A DNA stretch of 30,325 nt from an uncultured Candidatus Rokubacteria bacterium (GTDB lineage: Bacteria > Methylomirabilota > Methylomirabilia > Rokubacteriales > DASRDR01), in assembly GCA_963805625.1 (NCBI GenBank), contig CAWDVE010000015.1, positions 1 to 30,325 on the forward strand, in the 5' to 3' direction. Each line of letters opens with the position of its first letter. The stretch's first letter is position 1. A program made the position numbers and the translations under genes. The notes beneath the pieces were generated by a model. The model searched no databases and was not told where the DNA came from. It saw nothing but the letters and a program-made list of their open reading frames with translations. Below are positions 23,970 through 30,325 of this stretch, piece after piece.

Positions 23970-24887
23970 ATGAAGCTCTGCCAGTTCCAAGCTGCCGGTG
24001 GAGGGCGCCGCGTGGGCGTGCTCGACGGCGACGCGGTCATCGACATCACCGCCCCGCGGGCCGGAGCCGGCTCGGTCCTGGACCTCCTCGTGACCGGCCG
24101 CACGCCGGCCGGGATCGAGCGCCTGGTGCGGCGGCTCAGCCGCGTGCCCCGCCGGCCGCGCCACGCCTGGGCCGCGCTGGACCGCGCGGCCCGCGGACGC
24201 AGCGCGGGCCTGCTCGCCCCGCTCGACCCCCCGGAGGTGTGGGGGGCGGGCATCACGTATCGCCGCAGCCGCGAGTACTATTCCGAGCACGATACCGGCC
24301 AGGCGCACCGCGGGAAGGGCATCTACGACTACGTGTACGAGGCCGAACGGCCGGAGCTCTTCTACAAGGGCTCGGCGGCGCGCTCGGTGGGCCCGCACGG
24401 GACCGCCGGGCTCCGCGGGGACTCCAAGCTCACGGCGGTCGAGGCCGAGCTGGCGGTAGTGGTGGGCGTGGGCGGCGGCATCGTCGGCTACACGGTGGGC
24501 AACGACCTCTCGGCGTGGGACATCGAGCGCGAGAACCCGCTCTTCCTGCCCCAGTCGAAGATCTTCCAGGGCAGCTTCGCCTTCGGCCCCGTGATCGCGA
24601 CGCCGGCCTCGATCCCCGATCCGCACGCGCTCACGATCCGGTGCGTGATCGAGCGGGGTGGGCGGACGCTGTTTGAGGGGCAGGCCTCGACCGGCGATCT
24701 CAAGCGCCGGTGTGAGGAGCTGGTCGACTGGCTCGGCCGCTACAACCCGGTTCCGCCGGGCACGGTGCTCTCGACCGGCACCGGCATCCTCGTGCCGGAC
24801 GCCTGCGCGCTGGCGCCGGGTGACGTCGTGAGCATCACGATCGACGGGATCGGAACGCTCAGGAACCCCGTGGGGCGCCTCGGCTGA
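23970..24887 (+). CDS. Fumarylacetoacetate hydrolase superfamily protein, 2-keto-3-deoxy-pentonate dehydratase (KdaD)-like
   Basis: EVWGAGITYRRS, YDYVYEAERPELFYK, EAEL, GYTVGNDLSAWDIERENPLFLPQSK, STGTG, GTLRN. AAGGAG RBS before ATG 23970. Confidence 0.88.
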   Translation: MKLCQFQAAGGGRRVGVLDGDAVIDITAPRAGAGSVLDLLVTGRTPAGIERLVRRLSRVPRRPRHAWAALDRAARGRSAGLLAPLDPPEVWGAGITYRRSREYYSEHDTGQAHRGKGIYDYVYEAERPELFYKGSAARSVGPHGTAGLRGDSKLTAVEAELAVVVGVGGGIVGYTVGNDLSAWDIERENPLFLPQSKIFQGSFAFGPVIATPASIPDPHALTIRCVIERGGRTLFEGQASTGDLKRRCEELVDWLGRYNPVPPGTVLSTGTGILVPDACALAPGDVVSITIDGIGTLRNPVGRLG

Positions 24888-25369
24888 AGGGCGGCCGGGC
24901 CGCCGCCCCCGGGGCCCCGCCCCACGTCGAGCCAGAGCGGCCCCAGGACCTCCAGGAGCCGCCGGGCCCCCCCTCGTTGACCAGGGCCGATCGTCATGGG
25001 CGTGTCCGGGCCTTGCGCCGTGGCTGGGAGGGCGATTCTGGATTCGCGACGGAGCCCGCGGCGCTCCGGGAGCGGGCGGGCCGTCGATGGCGGGCGCGTC
25101 GAAGCTCGCGACGCTCATCCCGTTCACCAGGACCTGCGTCCCGGCGAGCGCGGCGAGGGCTGAGGCTTCCTGCCGAACGGACGGCTACGGCATCCCGTCT
25201 GGGTGCGGTAGGCGTCGGAAAGCTAGACCACGGAGGTCGCTCTGATCGTGGGACGTCAGCGTCAACACTGGGTTGGCGCTTTTTTGCGGCGCGAGTGGCG
25301 CAACGGCTCAACATCGCGAACCCGCCCGGTGCTCGGGGTCGGAGCCGACGGCCGGTGCGGGGGGGCGGA

Positions 25370-25663
25370 TCAGGTCTGTGGAGTTGTTTCGGCCGCCGGC
25401 GTGGAAGCGTGCGCAGCGCGATGTGCGCGGTGGATCTCCGCGAGGTGCCTCTCCGTCCATCGATAGAGCGCGTGCAACGGGGTCGTCAGCGTCCCGCCGA
25501 GCCGAGTCAGCGCATAGTCCACTCGGGGTGGCACCACCGGATAGACGGTGCGCTGGACCAAGCGATCCCGCTCGAGCCGTCGGAGCGTCTGCGTCAGCAT
25601 CTTGTGTGAAATCCCCCGGATCGCTCGATGCAGCTCGCCATGTCGCTTCGTCCCGTAGGACAG
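25370..25663 (-). pseudogene. HxlR family winged-helix regulator, 5'-truncated
   Basis: LSYGTKRHGELHRAIRGISHKMLTQTLRRLERD.LVQRTVYPVVPPRVDYALT. Homology stops upstream of LSYG, and an in-frame TAG at 25688-25690 leaves no start and no DKW helix. Confidence 0.8.
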
Positions 25664-25953
25664 CTGGCCGCAGGTGGTGTGGGGATTCTAGCCAGGAACC
25701 CCTCGCGTTTTCGGCGTCACGCTGCTCTCCCTGCCTGGTACGATCGACGTGCAATGAACGAATACGCGCCGGGGGACGGAGAGAAGGCGCAGGATACCTC
25801 CATCACCGTCCCCGCCGGAAGCACGAAGGCTGGGCCGCAATCTGGGTCGTCGGCGTTAACGAGAGTTTCAGCGAACGCCTCGACCAGGGACCAACTGTCT
25901 AGCGGCTCGGCACCACCCCTCATCTTTCACCGCCCATAGACGCACCAGTCTCC

Positions 25954-26904
25954 GTGGGCCTGTATCACTACGTAATGCAGCGGAGCCTGCGACATCAGCT
26001 CGGCCTGACGGTCCTCGTTGCGGTGTCGGCCGGCCTCGCGCTGATCCCCATCGAGATGCAGAGGCGGCTCGTCAACAAGGCGATCGGCCTCGGGAGCCTC
26101 ACCGCCCTGGTGCGGTACGGCGTCGCGTTCCTGATCGGCGCTCTGGCAGTGACGACGTCGAAGTTCGCGGTCAACCTCTACCAGGGATACATCGCCGAGC
26201 GCGTGCTCCGCGACTTCCGGGCCCAGTTGTACGATCGGATTCTCCAGCTCCCCGTCGACCGCTTGGAGCGCACGCCCCCCGCGCAGCTCGTGTCCGTCGT
26301 CCTCGCCGAGGCGGGTGAGCTGGCGGAGTTCTTCGGCCACGCCTTCTCGGTGCCGCTCGTGTCCGGTTTCACGTTGATCGCCATCAGCGTCTATCTCGCA
26401 ACCCTAAACGTGTGGACGCTCGCTCTGCTGGCGCTTCACCCGATCGAGATGTGGGTCATCCCTCGGCTCCAGCGGCGGGTGAATCGCCTCTCCCGAAGCC
26501 GGGTTGTCCTCGGCCGCCACCTCTCGGAGCATGTGGAACGCGCCGTGAGCCGCCGCACGACCAGCGGCGCCACCGACGACGAGGCCCCCGACCTGCGACG
26601 GTTCCGGCGGCGCCTCGACCGGCTGCTGGGCACGCGAATCCGCGCCTACGTCTTCGCGAACCTGATCAAGTGGGTGGGTAACGCGGTGGCCAGGCTCGGG
26701 CCGTTCCTGATCTTCCTTGGGGGCGGGTGGCTCATCATCACCCAGCCGGGCTCCTTCGACCTCGGTCGCCTCGTCGCGGCGCTGGCGGCGTATGACCGCC
26801 TCAACGAACCCTGGCAGGAGCTTCTCGACTACTACTCGCTGAAGGAGATCGCTATCACTCGGTACGCCCAGATCATCGCGAGTGTGAGCCCCCAGAAACC
26901 CTGA
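25954..26904 (+). CDS. ABC exporter-type transmembrane domain protein without a nucleotide-binding domain
   Basis: 316 aa, about 6 TM segments. PIEMQRRLVNKAI, LRDFRAQLYDRILQLP, LGPFLIFLGGGWL, LGRLVAAL...EPWQELLDYY. No Walker motifs. Confidence 0.85.
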   Translation: MGLYHYVMQRSLRHQLGLTVLVAVSAGLALIPIEMQRRLVNKAIGLGSLTALVRYGVAFLIGALAVTTSKFAVNLYQGYIAERVLRDFRAQLYDRILQLPVDRLERTPPAQLVSVVLAEAGELAEFFGHAFSVPLVSGFTLIAISVYLATLNVWTLALLALHPIEMWVIPRLQRRVNRLSRSRVVLGRHLSEHVERAVSRRTTSGATDDEAPDLRRFRRRLDRLLGTRIRAYVFANLIKWVGNAVARLGPFLIFLGGGWLIITQPGSFDLGRLVAALAAYDRLNEPWQELLDYYSLKEIAITRYAQIIASVSPQKP

Positions 26905-27509
26905 GGGACGATCGCTGGCCATCGGACGATCCGCCGCGGGCCTCCGCATCGAGGCCGCAGTGTCGCGCCTCGCCTCACGTGACCATCCGGGGATAGGCGG
27001 GCGGCGATGGCAGGTCCTATGGCCCCGCGGGTCGGCAGTCGTAGACTGACCGTCTCGGGCCGGTTCTATATACCCTCCCGCTGAGCGGGTTTCGCTGGAG
27101 CTTGAACGGGTCGGGGCCTCCCGCGTGTCGCCCCGGCGTCGACTCGCCGGCCTGCCGGACGGGTCCCATAATGCCGCGGAGCCGTCAGGAACCCTGTCAG
27201 CCGTCCAGGTCTGGCATGTCGGAACCTCCGGGCCGGTCTCGGTATCGGTCGGGCGTGTGCTCCACCCCGCACTGACCGAAAATGCGGAGACGCGGGTATT
27301 CGCGCCTCATCCGTCGTCATATAGCGCCGTCGGTCCGCCGCGTCGGGATCGATGGGCTGGGTCAATTCGGACAGCGGGGTCAGGCTGTAGGCGGCTCGGG
27401 CGGCGGCGTCCGGGTCCCTCGTTCGGTGTCATAAGTCGTCTCCACAGTTCCCACCTCCCTCGGGCATGTTCAGGTGCATAGCCAATGCCCGCAGGTCCCA
27501 CAGCGGAAT

Positions 27510-27524
27510 TGGCACGGGCGTTGA
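27510..27524 (+). promoter_or_regulatory. Sigma54-like -24/-12 promoter
   Basis: TGGCAC-GGGCG-TTGA against consensus TGGCAC-N5-TTGC (one mismatch at -12). Confidence 0.4.
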
Positions 27525-27753
27525 GCCTCACTAGGCCAGGCCTTGAGGCGTCCCGGGCCTGGAAACACGCCCCGAAGGGCTCGGCGACGACGGGCTGTGG
27601 ACCCTTGAGGGGCGACAGCCTGTCGCGCATGCGACAAGCGCGACAGGCGTCAAGGAGGTAACGCATGCGGCAGGATAGCGCTCAATGTGGCGATGAGATG
27701 ATGACCCCAAACCGCGGCGCCGCTGCCCTACGGAACTGCGATATTCTTTTTAA

Positions 27754-29061
27754 GGCTCTTCCGGCTTTCGTGTGGGTGACGAAGTCTCCGGGCTATGCTC
27801 TGCCCTGCCGAGGGGAGGGGCGGAGCGATGCGCGACACGGAGCTGTACCGAGCGATCTTGGGGCTGACGCCGCCCTGGACGGTGGGGGGCGTCGAGCTGA
27901 ACATGCCGGAGGGGCAGGTGGTCGTCCGGGTGGAGGCCGGGCCGGGCCCGTTTGTCTGCCCGGAGTGCGGGAGTGCGGCGGAGCGCTACGACAGTCGGCC
28001 ACGGCGGTGGCGGCACCTCGACACCTGTCAGTTGACGACGTGGATCGAAGCGGACGTGCCCCGGATCGACTGCGCGACCCATGGGGTGAAGCAGATCCGG
28101 GTGCCATGGGCGGAGCCGGGGTCGCAGTTCACGGTGTTGTTCGAACGGCTGGCGATTGATCTGCTGTGGGAGTGCTCGGTGACGGGGGCGAAGCGGGTGC
28201 TGCGCATCAGCTGGGACGAAGCGTGGGGCATCAAGACCCGCGCCGTGCGGCGGGGGCTGGCTCGGCGCCAGGCCGAGGTCGTGCCCCATCTGGGCGTGGA
28301 CGAGAAGGCCATCGCCAAGCGGCACCGGTATCTTACGGTGGTCGCCGATCTCGAGCGCAACCGGGTGCTCTATCTGGCCGACGACCGCAAGCAGGAGAGT
28401 CTGGACGGCTTCTGGGCCACCCTCACGGCCGCGCAAGTGGCGGGGATCGAGGCCATGGCGATGGACATGTGGGAGCCCTACGTCCAGTCCACGCGGGCGC
28501 ACCTGCCGGACGCGGACCGGAAGATCGTCTTCGACAAGTTTCATGTGGTCAAGCATCTCCACGACGCCGTCGACCAGGTGCGGCGGGGCGAGCATCGGGC
28601 GTTGAAGCGGACGGGTGACGACCGTCTCACCGGGTCCAAGTACCTCTGGCTGATGCGGCCCAAGGACATGACGCCGGACCAGCAGACGGCGTTCCGGCTG
28701 TTGCAGCGGCAGGATCTCAAGGTGGCGCGGGCATGGCTGCTCAAGGAGCGCTTCGCCGCCTTCTGGGACTACACCTACCCCGGGGCCGCCGAGACGTTCA
28801 CCGCCCGCTGGTACTGGCGCGCCACGCACAGTCGGCTCAAGCCCATGGCGGGCGTGGCCAAGCTAATCAAACGTCATCTCCCGAACCTGCTCACGTACCT
28901 CACGCACAAGATCACCAATGCAGGCCTGGAAGCCGTCAACTCCGTCATCCAAGGCGTCAAGAAGACCGCCCGTGGGTTCCGCAACCCGGAGCACTTCAAG
29001 ATCGCCATCTACTTCCGGTGCGGTGGGCTCGACCTCTACCCACACGAAAGCCGGTAGAGCC
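27754..29061 (+). mobile_element. ISL3 family insertion sequence, complete copy (1308 bp)
   Basis: 24-bp terminal IRs GGCTCTTCCGGCTTTCGTGTGGGT / GGCTCTACCGGCTTTCGTGTGGGT (1 mismatch). AT-rich left flank. No matching target duplication on the right. Confidence 0.95.
27828..29057 (+). CDS. ISL3 family transposase
   Basis: Zn finger CPECG...CATHG, VPWAEPGSQFT, GVDEKA, MDMW, DKFHVV, TNAGLEAVN. The stop codon lies within the right IR. Confidence 0.96.
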   Translation: MRDTELYRAILGLTPPWTVGGVELNMPEGQVVVRVEAGPGPFVCPECGSAAERYDSRPRRWRHLDTCQLTTWIEADVPRIDCATHGVKQIRVPWAEPGSQFTVLFERLAIDLLWECSVTGAKRVLRISWDEAWGIKTRAVRRGLARRQAEVVPHLGVDEKAIAKRHRYLTVVADLERNRVLYLADDRKQESLDGFWATLTAAQVAGIEAMAMDMWEPYVQSTRAHLPDADRKIVFDKFHVVKHLHDAVDQVRRGEHRALKRTGDDRLTGSKYLWLMRPKDMTPDQQTAFRLLQRQDLKVARAWLLKERFAAFWDYTYPGAAETFTARWYWRATHSRLKPMAGVAKLIKRHLPNLLTYLTHKITNAGLEAVNSVIQGVKKTARGFRNPEHFKIAIYFRCGGLDLYPHESR

Positions 29062-30325
29062 ATATGCTCTGCCCTGCCGAGGGAGGGGGGGAGCGACGCG
29101 ACACGGTGACCGAAGCCATCTTGGGGCTGACGCCGCCCTGGACGGTGGGGAGCGTCGAGCTGGACATGCAGGCGGGGCAAGTGGCGGTCCGGGTGGATGC
29201 TGGGCCGGGCCCCTTCGCCTGCCCGGAGTGCGGGAGTGGTCGCGGAGCGCTACGACAGTCGGCCGCGGCGGTGGCGGCACCTCGACACCTGTCAGTTCAC
29301 CGACGTGGATCGACGCGGACGTGCCCCGGATCGACTGCGCGGCCCATGGGGTGAAGCAGATCCGGGTGCCGTGGGCGGAGCCGGGGTCGCAGTTCACGGT
29401 GTTGTTCGAGCGCTTGGCGATTGATCTGCTGTGGGAGTGCTCGGTGACCGGGGCGAAGCGGGTGCTGCGCATCAGCTGGGACGAAGCGTGGGGCATCAAG
29501 ACCCGCGCCGTGCGCCGGGGGCTGGCCCGGCGCCAGGCGGAGGTCGTGCCCCATCTGGGCGTGGACGAGAAGGCCTTCGCCAAGCGGCACCGGTATCTCA
29601 CGGTGGTCGCCGATCTCGAGCGCAACCGGGTGCTCTATCTCGCCGACGACCGCAAGCAGGAGAGTCTGGATGGCTTCTGGGCCACCCTCACGGCCGAGCA
29701 AGTGACGGGGATCGAGGCCATGGCGATGGACATGTGGGAGCCCTACGTCCAGTCCACACGCGCACACCTGCCGGACGCGGACCGGAAGATCGTCTTCGAC
29801 AAGTTTCACGTGGTCAAGCATCTCCACGACGCCGTCGACCAGGTGCGGCGGGGCGAGCACCGGGCGTTGAAGCGGACGGGCGACGACCGCCTCACCGGGT
29901 CCAAGTACCTCTGGCTGATGCGGCCCAAGGACATGACGCCGGACCAGCAGACGGCGTTCCGGCTGTTGCAGCGGCAGGACCTCAAGGTGGCGCGGGCCTG
30001 GCTGCTCAAGGAGCGCTTCGCCGCCTTCTGGGGGTACACCTACCCCGGGGCCGCCGAGACGTTCGCCGCCCGCTGGTACTGGCGCGCCACGCACAGTCGG
30101 CTCAAGCCCATGGCGGGCGTGGCCAAGCTGATCAAACGCCATCTCCCGAACCTGCTCACGTACCTGACGCACAAGATCACCAATGCAGGCCTGGAAGCCG
30201 TCAACTCCGTCATCCAAGGCGTCAAGAAGACCGCCCGTGGGTTCCGCAACCCGGAGCACTTCAAGATCGCCATCTACTTCCGGTGCGGTGGGCTCGACCT
30301 CTACCCACACGAAAGCCGGTAGAGC
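29062..30325 (+). mobile_element. Second ISL3 copy in tandem: lacks the left IR, transposase frameshifted (pseudogene)
   Basis: Starts at tatgctctgccctgccg (equivalent to 27794). ATG lost, several indels up to about 29300, then in frame to 30322. Right IR at the window end. Confidence 0.92.

Noticed and set aside
27197-27230. Minus-strand GGAGG followed by MPDLDG*, resembling a response-regulator motif
   Set aside because: Only six codons, and the flanking frame shows no receiver-domain similarity.
27555-27625. Possible c-di-GMP-I (GEMM) riboswitch
   Set aside because: Lacks the GNRA-tetraloop/receptor and GCAAA core in the right arrangement. Kept only as generic structure in the findings.
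29803-29816. parS-like GTTTCACGTGGTCA
   Set aside because: Only a half match. It encodes the conserved DKFHVV transposase motif and differs in the other IS copy.

Overview
GC-rich (about 70%) bacterial chromosomal origin region. Gene order and style suggest Ca. Rokubacteria/Methylomirabilota or a similar lineage (inference only). Minus strand: dnaA-dnaN-recF-gyrB-gyrA-serS, then a small decayed accessory patch (redoxin fragment, RelE toxin fragment, intact Phd/YefM antitoxin, integrase C-terminus), then tRNA-Ser(TGA), tRNA-Ser(GCT) and tRNA-Arg(ACG). Plus strand: rpmH-rnpA-yidC-rsmG-parA-parB-mnmA, atpFHAGDC, an operon of a hypothetical gene, two DUF507 genes and an FAH-family enzyme, a stand-alone ABC transmembrane domain and two tandem ISL3 copies running to the window end. 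A truncated HxlR regulator lies on the minus strand at about 25.5 kb. oriC elements (DnaA boxes, DnaA-trios) and a parS site are visible. Most of the window is housekeeping and no large novel system is demonstrable. The best leads are: a promoter/parS/parA-start overlap, a DnaA with deviant AAA+ motifs next to GC-rich trios, an integrase remnant at the 5' side of a tRNA, a ParB C-terminal duplication, and the uncharacterised hypothetical+DUF507 operon.
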